NCBI GenBank assembly: GCA_964422035.1
Contig: CAYQZQ010000001.1
Coordinates: 587,786-651,785 of the forward strand
Direction: 5' to 3'
Length of the DNA: 64,000 bases
DNA from: an uncultured Pseudomonadales bacterium
GTDB lineage: Bacteria > Patescibacteriota > Microgenomatia > UBA1400 > Chazhemtobacteraceae
Part shown: piece by piece, positions 55,964-64,000 of the stretch
How the letters are laid out: each line of letters begins with the position of its first letter
Numbering within the stretch: position 1 is the stretch's first letter
Translations under genes and position numbers: made by a program
The notes under the pieces: model-generated
What the model saw: only the letters and a program-made list of their open reading frames with translations
Told to the model about the DNA's origin: nothing
Databases searched by the model: none

Positions 55964-56275
55964 ACAAGTGGTGGAAAAGGAGTGGATAAAAAATTAAAAA
56001 GTGAACAAATATTGATTAACTTAAAATAAAATAAAAAGATATCCCAAAATTTAAATAATAATTCACAATAGAATTCACAATATTAAACAGTAATTAACAA
56101 AACATAACCCAAAAACAAGAGCTCAGCGGCTTTTATTTTTGAAGATCAAAAATCGGTATATCAATTAAAATATGGGTTTTAAACAAAAACAACAGGCAGA
56201 ATACAGGCGTAGTATCCAGATATACACAGTGCCTATTATTACGACTATATATTTATATATAATTAATTAATAACA
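55964..56275. other. Candidate oriC / DNA-unwinding element (dnaA-dnaN intergenic, very AT-rich)
   Basis: 312 bp, almost entirely A/T. DnaA-box-like 'AGTGGATAA' (55981-55989) and 'GGTGGAAAA' (55970-55978). Tandem 'GAATTCACAATA' repeats (56068-56095). AT-runs are suitable for unwinding. The canonical dnaA-oriC-dnaN arrangement. Confidence 0.45.
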
Positions 56276-57394
56276 ATGAAGTTAACAATTTTAGCGAGTA
56301 ATTTAGAAAAAGCGATAGGCGTAACAAGCAGAAGCGTTGCAAGTAGGCCTCAGTTGCCGGTATTGGCAAATATTAAGTTGTCAGCAAATAAGCAAGGCTT
56401 GGAAGCTTTATCTACGGACTTGGAGATTGGATTTAAGGTAAATGTGGGAGCTAAGGTAGAAGAAGAAGGAGAGATTACTGTGGAGGCAAAGACATTGTCT
56501 GAATTAATTAAAACTTTACCAGCGGGAAAGGTTCTGATAGAAACAGAAAAAGAGATCTTGAAGTTATCTTCAGATGGAGTTGATGTGGAGTTGCCAGGTA
56601 TTGGAGCAGGAGAGTTTCCTTCTATTCCTTCTTTGGAGGGAGAGGGTCAGATGGAGATGTCGGCTGATAGATTGAAAAAAGTGGTAGGAAGAGTGAGTTC
56701 ATCGGCGGCAATGGATGAATCAAGACCGGTGTTGACTGGAATGCTGTGGGAGATAGGAAAGAAAAATATGGTGATGGTGGCAACTGATGGGTATAGGTTG
56801 AGCAAGGATAAAGTGAAGATAAGCAAGATTGATGAGAGTTTGGTAGGGAAGAAAATGGTTATTCCCAGTCGAGCTTTAGTTGAGCTAGTTAGAGTGATGG
56901 AAGAAGGAGTTGATAAGGTGATAGGTCAACTACAGGAAGAAAAACAGCAAGTTATTTTTCAAGCAGGAGAGATAGAGTTGGTGAGCAGGTTATTGTCGGG
57001 GGAGTTTCCTCCATATGAGCAGATAATGCCTAAAGGGCATGAAGTTAAGGTTAGAGTAGTTACAGAGGAGTTTGAGGAAGCGGTTAAGAGAGCGGCCATC
57101 TTTGCAAGGGATAGTGCTAATATTATTAAGATAAAAGTGGAAGATGGAGAGTTGATTGTGAGTGCTAATAGTGCCCAGGTAGGAAAAAGTAGAACTAGAT
57201 TGTCAGGAGAGGTTGAAGGAAGTGGTTTGGAAGTGGCTTTTAACAGTAGATATTTGCTGGATTATTTTAAGGCGGTGGAGACTGAGGAGATTGAAATGGA
57301 AAGTTTGGGGGGGTTGAAACCAGGTGTTTTTAAACAGGTGGGTGAGAGTAAGAACTGGGTGCAAGTAATCATGCCGGTGCGAGTACAAAAATAG
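56276..57394 (+). CDS. dnaN: DNA polymerase III beta sliding clamp
   Basis: 372 aa. 'MKLTILASNLEKAIGVTSRSVASRPQLPVLANIKLSANKQGLEALSTDLEIG' is a typical beta-clamp N-terminus. Three-domain length. Confidence 0.9.
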   Translation: MKLTILASNLEKAIGVTSRSVASRPQLPVLANIKLSANKQGLEALSTDLEIGFKVNVGAKVEEEGEITVEAKTLSELIKTLPAGKVLIETEKEILKLSSDGVDVELPGIGAGEFPSIPSLEGEGQMEMSADRLKKVVGRVSSSAAMDESRPVLTGMLWEIGKKNMVMVATDGYRLSKDKVKISKIDESLVGKKMVIPSRALVELVRVMEEGVDKVIGQLQEEKQQVIFQAGEIELVSRLLSGEFPPYEQIMPKGHEVKVRVVTEEFEEAVKRAAIFARDSANIIKIKVEDGELIVSANSAQVGKSRTRLSGEVEGSGLEVAFNSRYLLDYFKAVETEEIEMESLGGLKPGVFKQVGESKNWVQVIMPVRVQK

Positions 57395-57395
57395 T

Positions 57396-58454
57396 CTACT
57401 GATATAGGTTTTCAGGTAGGGCAGGGACGATGAATCTTGATTGAGGGAAGTTAAGATCGTTAGTGGAGAGGGGGCCGGTTAGGGAGTAGACAGGTTGAAG
57501 CAGGTTGGGGTTTTGAGGATCGAAAAAGAATGATAAGCGAATATCTTGAACAGTTAAGTTAAGTTGGGAAGCAGAATTCAGTTGTTTTTCTTGTTTAATT
57601 AGGTTGGTACTGGGAAGTCTTTGAGCTTTTTGGGGAGCTGTTTGTTGAAGATTTGAATAAGAGGCAGGGGAAGAAGTGGAGATGGAGGTAATGGTTTGAA
57701 ATCCGCCTAAAATTTCAAGATATTTGATGTTAAGTTGGGAATCAAAGATGACGATAATAGGGGCGTTGTTTGTAGTGGTGGTATAGATAGGGAGGTTGTC
57801 AGGAGATTGGGTGAAAAAAAGACTTCTTAGTTTGTCGGGTTGGTCGTTTTGATAGTTTGAAGAGTCAAGAATGACTGGTTCACCGATGACTTGAAGTTGA
57901 GACGGTGAGTTTAATATTTGATTGAGTCTTTCAGTTATGTTTTGTTTGATGATTTGGTTGTTAGGGAACTCGGAAATGGGTAGTTGAGGAGAAGAGTTGT
58001 TAAAAGTAAGTTGATTGCTGTTTAGATTGACAGAGAGAGAGTGAGGTGGTTTTGACCAAACTAGAAAGGGAGGTTGGTTGGCGACTAAGTCTTGATTTGA
58101 GAAACCTAAGTTTTGAGCAATAGTTTGTGAGGAAGAGTTATTAATTAAAGGAGTCTGAATTTTGTAGAGATTTAATTTATCTGGCAGTTGAGGAGGTTGA
58201 GTCTGCCAGGAAATGATTAGGCCCTGGTCTTGATTTTGAAGTGGTGAGCTGGCTTGGGGGAGAGGAATCGGTGAGGCAGTAATTTGGGGAATAGGGGATG
58301 GTTGACTAGGAATTTGGGTTGGTGGGTTTTGGATAACTAGATAAGCAATTAGGCCAATAATTAACAAGGTGATGGCAGTAATAGAGACGGTGGAGAGGTT
58401 TAGAGAGGAAAGTTTTTGTTTTATGCCGGTGAGTATGTTTTTATTAAGGTCCAT
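57396..58454 (-). CDS. Hypothetical N-terminally TM-anchored extracytoplasmic protein (Pro/Gln/Ser-rich stalk plus C-terminal domain); candidate T4SS scaffold (VirB8/PrgL-like role speculative)
   Basis: 352 aa with TM 'VSITAITLLIIGLIAYLVI'. No catalytic motif. It is convergent with dnaN, separated by 1 nt, and overlaps the next gene by 11 nt. Confidence 0.4.
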   Translation of the reverse strand: MDLNKNILTGIKQKLSSLNLSTVSITAITLLIIGLIAYLVIQNPPTQIPSQPSPIPQITASPIPLPQASSPLQNQDQGLIISWQTQPPQLPDKLNLYKIQTPLINNSSSQTIAQNLGFSNQDLVANQPPFLVWSKPPHSLSVNLNSNQLTFNNSSPQLPISEFPNNQIIKQNITERLNQILNSPSQLQVIGEPVILDSSNYQNDQPDKLRSLFFTQSPDNLPIYTTTTNNAPIIVIFDSQLNIKYLEILGGFQTITSISTSSPASYSNLQQTAPQKAQRLPSTNLIKQEKQLNSASQLNLTVQDIRLSFFFDPQNPNLLQPVYSLTGPLSTNDLNFPQSRFIVPALPENLYQ

Positions 58455-60954
58455 AGATTTTTTGTCCGTTAATTAAACAAGCGTTGGGGGCAGAAGGGTT
58501 GTATCCGCTACATCCTTCAGGAACATTAACGCCTGCGGCTGGGCATTTATTGTATTTTATACCGACGTATTCAAGGTGAAGATGGGGATTTTGAAAACTG
58601 GGGACTGAGCTGGTAGCTCCGGAAAGGCCAATTTGAGTGCCTGGTTTGACTGATTGACCTGGTGATACAAAAGTAGCTGAGAGGTGACCGTATATAACCT
58701 GGAAAGATTGACCTTTTGAGTAAGCATCGAGAATTATCCAGTTACCGTAGACTCCTCCCCAACCGGTTATTTTGATGGTACCAGGAACCACGCTGTATAC
58801 AGGAGTGGCAACTGGAGCTGAGATGTCTATGGCTTCGATTGCTGAGTGAGAGAATGAGCCGTGAGGGCCTTGAGTTACGGGACCGCGGTTGCCTAGTGGC
58901 CAGGCAGGAGCACAGCCGTCAATGATGGGGCCGCTGTAGGGGGTGACTCCTTGTCCGCCGATTAGTGCGGGCAGACCAGATTCAAGTTGGACGATGGTGG
59001 AGATGAGCGGGCCGGCATTGAGGGCGGCTATGTAAAACAGAAGAACAGCAATGGAAGAAAAGATGAGTGTTACTAGGGCAGATGCACCGGCGGTGAAAGT
59101 GGCTGATATAGCAGATTGCAAAGCTCGTCCTAGGCCGGTAATTATTCCAATACCAGCAGATCCAGCCATAATAAAGGGAGCGAATAAGTCTCTCTTTTTA
59201 ACTTTTTCTCCGTAAAGGGTGACAGCGATATTTTGGACAAATTCTTTTACCTTTTTGATTATGGCTGTGCTGACGGTGATGATGATATCAACGACAACTC
59301 CTAGTCCTGGTACTACATTTAGAGATTCTGCGGCTATATGAATACCAAGTTGTTCCGCGGCTTGAAGAGAGATTTTTTTGAGCAGCTCTTTGGCACCTGT
59401 TTGGAAGCCTTTTTGAGCAAGAGTTTGTAGACCTTTTTTAAGTACTTGGTGAGAGGTTTTTTGGGCGAGGCGAGTAAATATTCTTTTACCCAAGAATGAA
59501 CTGGCTTTGGTTCGAAGGAAGCCGACGGGAGAGAGAACGGCTTGGATTGTGGTGTGGGAAGAGGCAGGGAAAAGTGAGAGAAGGCGATTTCTTAAAGGAT
59601 TTAGTTTAGATAAGAGGGGATTTTTTTGAGCTTGAAGGAGAAGTTTTTGGCCGGCTTCTGTGTCTGCTAGATTAAAATAATTAGAGAGAATAGAGGAATA
59701 AAATTTAAGATTGTTGTTCACTTGTTGATGAAGAGGATGGTCTGGTTGAGTTTGAGCTTGTTGGAGGGTTGATTGAAGTTGTTGGGGAGTAATTCCGCGA
59801 CCCAGGTAACGAATTAGCAGTGGTGAGAATTGAGGTTGATCAGGAATATTTTCAGTAAAGCTGGCCCAGGCTTCAGCTTCTTGCAAGGGAAATATTCTTA
59901 GGGTTGGGTTTTGTTTTCTTAGGGAAGAGAGAAGTTGGGGCTTGTCAACGTGAGATTCAGGGTTGGCTTGTTGGAAGATTTTTTGGGTAGTGGGGTGGAT
60001 GCTGAGTTGGTTAAGTGAAATATTATTGTTTTTATGGAAACTATTGAGCTGGTCAAAAAGTGGAGAGTCTTGAGGAACTGATTGATAATTTTGATCAACA
60101 ATGTCTTTTTGAAGATTTTTAAGATTGGTACTTTGAAGGAGTTTTTTGGTGTTGTCTTGATTGATTTTTTGTAGTAGGTGGTCGGTGTTAATGGTGGTGG
60201 AAAAAAGCGGGTCAGAGTAGTGGGTGTCAAGGTATTGTTGGGGTTTTTGGAAAAGAAACTCAAAGTCTGGTTGTTGGGCGGGTTGGACAAGAGGGGTGAT
60301 TTGTTGGTTAAGTTGGTAAAGAGAAGATTGAGATTGGTATTGAGGGCTGTTTTGAGCGAGAGCGAGGTCGGCAAGAATTGGCAGTTGTTTGGCGCTGGGT
60401 TGAAGAAGGGTAATGTCGTTGGCTAGAGTTTGTTGAGCTTTGTTGGTTTCTTGGGCGGGAAGTTGAAGGTTTTGATTTTGAATTTTTTGGGAAATGACTT
60501 GTTGAGCAAGGTCTTGATTGATCTGATGAGGGTCAGATTGAGGTTTGGTAGTGGAAGCTTTTTTTATGGTTTGGGTTTGGGTTTGATTGAGTTGTAGGGC
60601 AAGTTTTTCTTGAATGATTTTTAGTTGTTGGTGGTGAACAAGGTATGAGATGAGGTCTTTTTGGTCTTGTTCAAGAGAGGTGTTTTTGAGAGGTTTTTGG
60701 AGTTGTTGTTGGTAGTTTTGATACTGGACGACCAGTTGGGTTAAAAGAGCGGTGTCGATATAGTTGGTTTTGTTTTCAGGTTGAGGGGCGGTGAGAAGTT
60801 GTTTTAGTTGTTGGGGTTGGATTTGATAGAGATTGGATAGATCTTGAAGGAGTTGTTCCAACTCCTGTTTTTGTTGAAGGGTGAGCTGGTCTGACTCTTT
60901 TGAAAGTAGAGTTTGCAGCTGTTGACGCTTGGTTTCAAGTGTTTGATAATCCAC
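58444..60954 (-). CDS. Coiled-coil / multi-TM / C-terminal M23 peptidase protein (T4SS- or injection-associated cell-wall hydrolase candidate)
   Basis: 836 aa. About 520 aa of Gln-rich coiled coil, then hydrophobic helices ('VPGLGVVVDIIITVSTAII', 'LFAPFIMAGSAGIGIITGLG', 'ALVTLIFSSIAVLLFYIAAL'), then M23 motifs 'HSAIEAIDISAP' (HxxxD) and 'NPHLHLEYVG' (HxH). Confidence 0.65.
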   Translation of the reverse strand: MDYQTLETKRQQLQTLLSKESDQLTLQQKQELEQLLQDLSNLYQIQPQQLKQLLTAPQPENKTNYIDTALLTQLVVQYQNYQQQLQKPLKNTSLEQDQKDLISYLVHHQQLKIIQEKLALQLNQTQTQTIKKASTTKPQSDPHQINQDLAQQVISQKIQNQNLQLPAQETNKAQQTLANDITLLQPSAKQLPILADLALAQNSPQYQSQSSLYQLNQQITPLVQPAQQPDFEFLFQKPQQYLDTHYSDPLFSTTINTDHLLQKINQDNTKKLLQSTNLKNLQKDIVDQNYQSVPQDSPLFDQLNSFHKNNNISLNQLSIHPTTQKIFQQANPESHVDKPQLLSSLRKQNPTLRIFPLQEAEAWASFTENIPDQPQFSPLLIRYLGRGITPQQLQSTLQQAQTQPDHPLHQQVNNNLKFYSSILSNYFNLADTEAGQKLLLQAQKNPLLSKLNPLRNRLLSLFPASSHTTIQAVLSPVGFLRTKASSFLGKRIFTRLAQKTSHQVLKKGLQTLAQKGFQTGAKELLKKISLQAAEQLGIHIAAESLNVVPGLGVVVDIIITVSTAIIKKVKEFVQNIAVTLYGEKVKKRDLFAPFIMAGSAGIGIITGLGRALQSAISATFTAGASALVTLIFSSIAVLLFYIAALNAGPLISTIVQLESGLPALIGGQGVTPYSGPIIDGCAPAWPLGNRGPVTQGPHGSFSHSAIEAIDISAPVATPVYSVVPGTIKITGWGGVYGNWIILDAYSKGQSFQVIYGHLSATFVSPGQSVKPGTQIGLSGATSSVPSFQNPHLHLEYVGIKYNKCPAAGVNVPEGCSGYNPSAPNACLINGQKIYGP

Positions 60955-61009
60955 GAATTTACGGTGGTTAGTAATTGTGAGTATAGTTTACTATGAACAA
61001 AGGAAGAAA

Positions 61010-62917
61010 CTAAGTTTGATCTGATTGAGGTGGGTTTGAAGAATCAGAGCTTTGATTTGTTGATTCTTGTTGGTCTTTTTCTCTTTTATCCAGAATTTCT
61101 TGAGGTTTGGTGGTTATTAGAGCGTGCTCATCGGGAGAGGAAACAACTCTGAGGGCGACGTGGTTTTGTCCGGCGAAAAAGATACCCTCTCCGACATTAG
61201 CAGAAAGAAGAAGGTGTTTTTCTCCTTGAGAGAGATAGAAAAGATCAGCCAGTTTATCAATGGCGGCGGGGGATTGTTTCATAAGAAACTGAATAGCGGA
61301 GTTGGTGACGATACTGGAGCCGTATTGGGAGTTGAGAAAGTCTTCAACATTTTGAGAGATGATACTAACCCCTAAATAATACTTTCTGGCGCGTTTAACA
61401 AAGCTTTGCAGGACCTGGGCAGAGTCCTCGTGTCTCATTAGGTACCAGGCCTCGTCAACGATGAGAAGACGGCGCTTAAGTTCTCTGCGAATTTGGGTCC
61501 AGATGAAGTCTAAGATCATGAACATGATAATTGGTCTGATTTCATCAGCGGTTTCTTTGAGAGAGAAAACAGTCATGGGTGAGTCAAGATCAATGTTGGA
61601 TTGTTGGTCAAAGATACCTCTTAAGCCGCCCTTGACGAATTTTTCCAGTCGGCGAGCTAGAGATTGGGCAGGTTTTTCTTCCATACCGATGAGAACTTTG
61701 TATAAGTCTTCCATACGGGGTGGTGGATTGTTGTGGGTACTGGGATCTTGGGTGATATTGCGCTGTTGATAGGTCAGGTTAATGGCTTGATTGAGTATGG
61801 CGTCCTGATCTGGAGATATTTCTCCAAGCATGATTTTTAGAAGAGAGGTCAAAAAAAGATGTTTGTAGTTCATTTCATCAGGTGATGAATTTTCTGCAGG
61901 GGGAAGCTGGAAAGGGTTTATTTTATTGGCAGAGGTGGTTTCAAAGGAGATGTGGTTGCCACCAACGGCTTTGCAGAGCATTTCGTATTCGTTTTCAGGG
62001 TCGATGATGATGGCGTTGGTGCCGAACATAAGAGAGCGAAGCATTTCCAGTTTGACAAGATATGATTTTCCAGCACCTGAGGTGGCTAGAACTAACATGT
62101 TGGCGTTTTCTAGAGAGAAGCGATCGAAGATAACTAAAGACTCGTTGTGTTCGTTGATGCCATAGAGGATGCCTTTATTGTCGGTAAGCTCTGAGGAGGT
62201 GAAGGGGAAAGTGGTTGAGAGAGCAGTGGTGTCCATGTTGCGGGTGATTAAGAGTTTGTCTTTACAGTAAGGAAGAGTAGATTTAAAAGCTTCTTCTTGT
62301 GAGAGAGAGGCAATTTTGGAAACGATGATAAGGGAGCCGAGAAGAGATTGGACTTGACTGGTGATGGTTTCAAGTTCTTTTTTGGTGTCGGTTGAGATGG
62401 TGATATAGAGAGAAAATTGGAAGAAGCGCTCAACTCCTTTGGTTAACTGGGATTGGAGGCTTTTAGCGTCTTCAAGTTGGGCTTGTGTGGAGGCTTGAGG
62501 AATACGACCCCTCTCGACGTCTGAACCGATTTCGGCCTCCATTTCGGCAATACGGCGGCGGAGTTTGTCAAGAGTACCTTTGACCTCGATGGGGTAAATG
62601 AACATGGAGACGTCTAGAGAGTGATCGAAGTTAATTAAGGGTGACAACCAGTTGGCAGAGACGTAGCGAGGGTAGCCGGCGACGAAAAGGGTGCGGGTAT
62701 AGGTGGAGCCGATTTTGAGATAAGTAAAATCAACTTCTATTGAGGGAGGAGCGATGATGTCTTGAACGTTTACAGTTCCGGAAGCAGCTGAGTCGGGTAG
62801 ATTTTTTTCTTCCTCCGGTTTTGATTGAATAGTAGGGGTGGATTTGGGTGGGGAAGGAGGTTGTTTTTTGGGGGATTGATCCTTTTTGTTTTGGTTTAGG
62901 AAAGGAAGTATGTTCAT
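61010..62917 (-). CDS. VirB4/TrbE/PrgJ-like type IV secretion ATPase
   Basis: 635 aa. An N-domain 'TRTLFVAGYPRYVSANWLSPLINFDHSLDVSMFIYPIE' is like VirB4. Walker A 'LVLATSGAGKSYLVKL...AIIIDPENEY'. Walker B 'LLIVDEAWYLM' is the diagnostic VirB4 'DEAW'. Confidence 0.7.
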   Translation of the reverse strand: MNILPFLNQNKKDQSPKKQPPSPPKSTPTIQSKPEEEKNLPDSAASGTVNVQDIIAPPSIEVDFTYLKIGSTYTRTLFVAGYPRYVSANWLSPLINFDHSLDVSMFIYPIEVKGTLDKLRRRIAEMEAEIGSDVERGRIPQASTQAQLEDAKSLQSQLTKGVERFFQFSLYITISTDTKKELETITSQVQSLLGSLIIVSKIASLSQEEAFKSTLPYCKDKLLITRNMDTTALSTTFPFTSSELTDNKGILYGINEHNESLVIFDRFSLENANMLVLATSGAGKSYLVKLEMLRSLMFGTNAIIIDPENEYEMLCKAVGGNHISFETTSANKINPFQLPPAENSSPDEMNYKHLFLTSLLKIMLGEISPDQDAILNQAINLTYQQRNITQDPSTHNNPPPRMEDLYKVLIGMEEKPAQSLARRLEKFVKGGLRGIFDQQSNIDLDSPMTVFSLKETADEIRPIIMFMILDFIWTQIRRELKRRLLIVDEAWYLMRHEDSAQVLQSFVKRARKYYLGVSIISQNVEDFLNSQYGSSIVTNSAIQFLMKQSPAAIDKLADLFYLSQGEKHLLLSANVGEGIFFAGQNHVALRVVSSPDEHALITTKPQEILDKREKDQQESTNQSSDSSNPPQSDQT

Positions 62918-63705
62918 GTTTGTTGGTTGTTTATTGATTGATGGGGTGACTTTGGTGGTTGTTGTTCAGTTGAAGCTGGTGTTTGGGCTGTTTGTTGTGT
63001 TTGTTCAGGTTGGGTGTCTGATTTTTTTTGAGCTTGGACAGCGGTGGTTTGATATTGGTCTGGTTCTGCCTGGTTGGGTAAGCCTTCGGGGTTGTCTGGA
63101 TTGTATATTTTGTAGAAAAGAGCCATGAGTTGTTTGGTGTTTAGTTGTTGGGCTTGGAGGCCAAGACTGGAGAACTGGCTGATCAAATGGTCGCGGCGAG
63201 GGAAAAGGTTGTCTTTGGCTTTCTTGAGGATGTAGTCGATTTTATAGGATGGTTTTTGTTGTTTGCTTGAGAAGGGGTTAAGTCCTTGAGAAAAAGTTTC
63301 TTTGAGGGTGAGTTGAGAGTAGGGAATGACGAGATAGAATTTTTTTTCTAAAACTTTGTTTTTCTTGACCAAGTTTTTAATGAAACTGCGATATTTAACA
63401 ACCTGCTCTTTTAATTTTTGTGACTGAGTTTGTTTAAGGTTGTTGTCGAGGCGCTGAATGTAGTCGGAGATATCTTTTCTGATTGAGCGCATGAGAATTT
63501 GAACTGGGAAAGAGAGAGAATTGAGAAGAGAGGCATAGGCGTAGATGATGGCGTCTTGCTCTTGTTCTGACAAGAGACCGAAGTTGATGGCGTTAAGCTG
63601 GAGGACTAGAGCTGCTGAGCCGTCTTTGAGAATAAGAAGATCGTCTTTAATGGTGTAGACATTGAGGTGATCTTGAGTGGTAGATTTTAATGCTTTGTTT
63701 AACAT
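62914..63705 (-). CDS. Hypothetical protein, possibly a detached N-terminal segment of the VirB4-like ATPase (or VirB3-like partner); Gln/Thr-rich tail
   Basis: 263 aa. 'NVYTIKDDLLILKDGSAALVLQLNAINFGLLSEQEQDAIIYAYASLLNSLSFPVQILMRSI' resembles the extreme N-terminus of VirB4/TrbE proteins. The stop overlaps the VirB4-like start by 4 nt. Confidence 0.4.
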   Translation of the reverse strand: MLNKALKSTTQDHLNVYTIKDDLLILKDGSAALVLQLNAINFGLLSEQEQDAIIYAYASLLNSLSFPVQILMRSIRKDISDYIQRLDNNLKQTQSQKLKEQVVKYRSFIKNLVKKNKVLEKKFYLVIPYSQLTLKETFSQGLNPFSSKQQKPSYKIDYILKKAKDNLFPRRDHLISQFSSLGLQAQQLNTKQLMALFYKIYNPDNPEGLPNQAEPDQYQTTAVQAQKKSDTQPEQTQQTAQTPASTEQQPPKSPHQSINNQQT

Positions 63706-63723
63706 GGGCAGATGTTACTTATT

Positions 63724-64000
63724 TTAACTTGTTTGTTGACTGGCTTGTAGTTTGAGGGGAGGAATGATTTTGCCTTCTAGTTTTAAATCATAAGCGGGAA
63801 AATTATATTGGGGGTTTTCGGCGGTGATTTGGTAGATGCCGTTTTCCAGTGGTTTTACGAAACGGAACTGGCCAAGTTTGTTTGACTTGGTGGCTCGAAC
63901 AGTAGAGCCGTTTTTTAGAATTTCGATTAAGGTGTTCTCCATGATTTTGCCTTGAGGAGTTAAGGTCATACCAACGATAGTGTTGGGTTCTTCTGAAGGA
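63724..64000 (-). CDS. Partial CDS (C-terminal end; continues beyond window) with carboxypeptidase-regulatory/prealbumin-like beta-sandwich segment
   Basis: 'GSTVRATKSNKLGQFRFVKPLENGIYQITAENPQYNFPAYDL' resembles CarbopepD_reg/transthyretin-like folds. The frame stays open to the window edge. Confidence 0.35.
   Translation of the reverse strand, partial: PSEEPNTIVGMTLTPQGKIMENTLIEILKNGSTVRATKSNKLGQFRFVKPLENGIYQITAENPQYNFPAYDLKLEGKIIPPLKLQASQQTS

Noticed and set aside
1-64000. Alternative genetic code (UGA recoding) as in some CPR lineages
   Set aside because: Long, motif-validated ORFs (groEL, valS, metG, dnaA, helicases) are intact with standard stops. There is no need to read through TGA.
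1-64000. CRISPR arrays, transposases, integrases, prophage
   Set aside because: No regularly spaced direct-repeat array, no DDE/serine/tyrosine recombinase motifs and no phage structural proteins were recognised. The M23/coiled-coil protein was considered as a possible tape-measure protein, but it lacks phage neighbours.

Overview
This 64 kb window is gene-dense (~90% coding) and looks bacterial under the standard genetic code. By eye it is low GC, around 40%; I did not compute it. Several traits suggest a small-genome, Gram-positive-type or Patescibacteria/CPR-like organism. These are short intergenic spacers, frequent 1-50 nt gene overlaps, many Gln/Pro/Thr-rich low-complexity linkers, LCP and FemAB-family cell-wall genes, a split pilN/pilO pilus locus and a VirB4/VirD4-type ATPase set. 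This lineage guess is inference only.

Core housekeeping content:
- Ribosomal and RNA-processing genes: rpsT, rplY, rpmH, rnpA, rnhA.
- Membrane-insertion genes: yidD, yidC, jag/khpB.
- Replication genes dnaA and dnaN, with an AT-rich origin-like spacer carrying DnaA-box-like motifs.
- Chaperone and translation genes: groES/groEL preceded by a CIRCE operator, metG, valS preceded by a T-box leader, tsaD, tgt.
- Glycolysis genes gap and tpiA.
- DNA repair genes: pcrA/uvrD-like helicase, rmuC and a UvrD-helicase/iron-sulfur PD-(D/E)XK nuclease fusion.
- tatD, and a tRNA-Cys(GCA)-like gene.

Accessory and envelope content:
- A pilN/pilO locus followed by three predicted surface proteins (FN3-like, Cys-rich, and a Pro-Thr repeat protein with a C-terminal anchor).
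- An FAD oxidoreductase, a giant polytopic membrane protein and an LCP ligase.
- Tandem FemAB-family paralogues.
- A lipid-linked glycan module of GT2, GT-C, GT4 (WecA/MraY-like) and UbiA family enzymes.
- Two M23 peptidases, a VanW protein, a sugar solute-binding protein, an SPFH protein and a DUF4012-like 948 aa protein.

The most unusual content is a minus-strand cluster next to dnaN (57.4-64 kb). It encodes a VirB4-like 'DEAW' ATPase, an upstream protein that may be a detached VirB4 N-terminus, and an 836 aa coiled-coil/TM/M23-peptidase protein. There are also two TM-anchored hypotheticals and a distant VirD4/TrwB-like coupling ATPase fused to a C-terminal S1 RNA-binding domain (35.0-37.5 kb). 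Together these look like a minimal Gram-positive-style type IV secretion or conjugation-like apparatus.

Two genes missing from the ORF track were recovered by hand. rpmH encodes a 40 aa protein at 54231..54353 on the minus strand. A 3'-truncated murJ with a GTG start runs 1..429 on the minus strand.

No CRISPR array, transposase, integrase or rRNA was seen.
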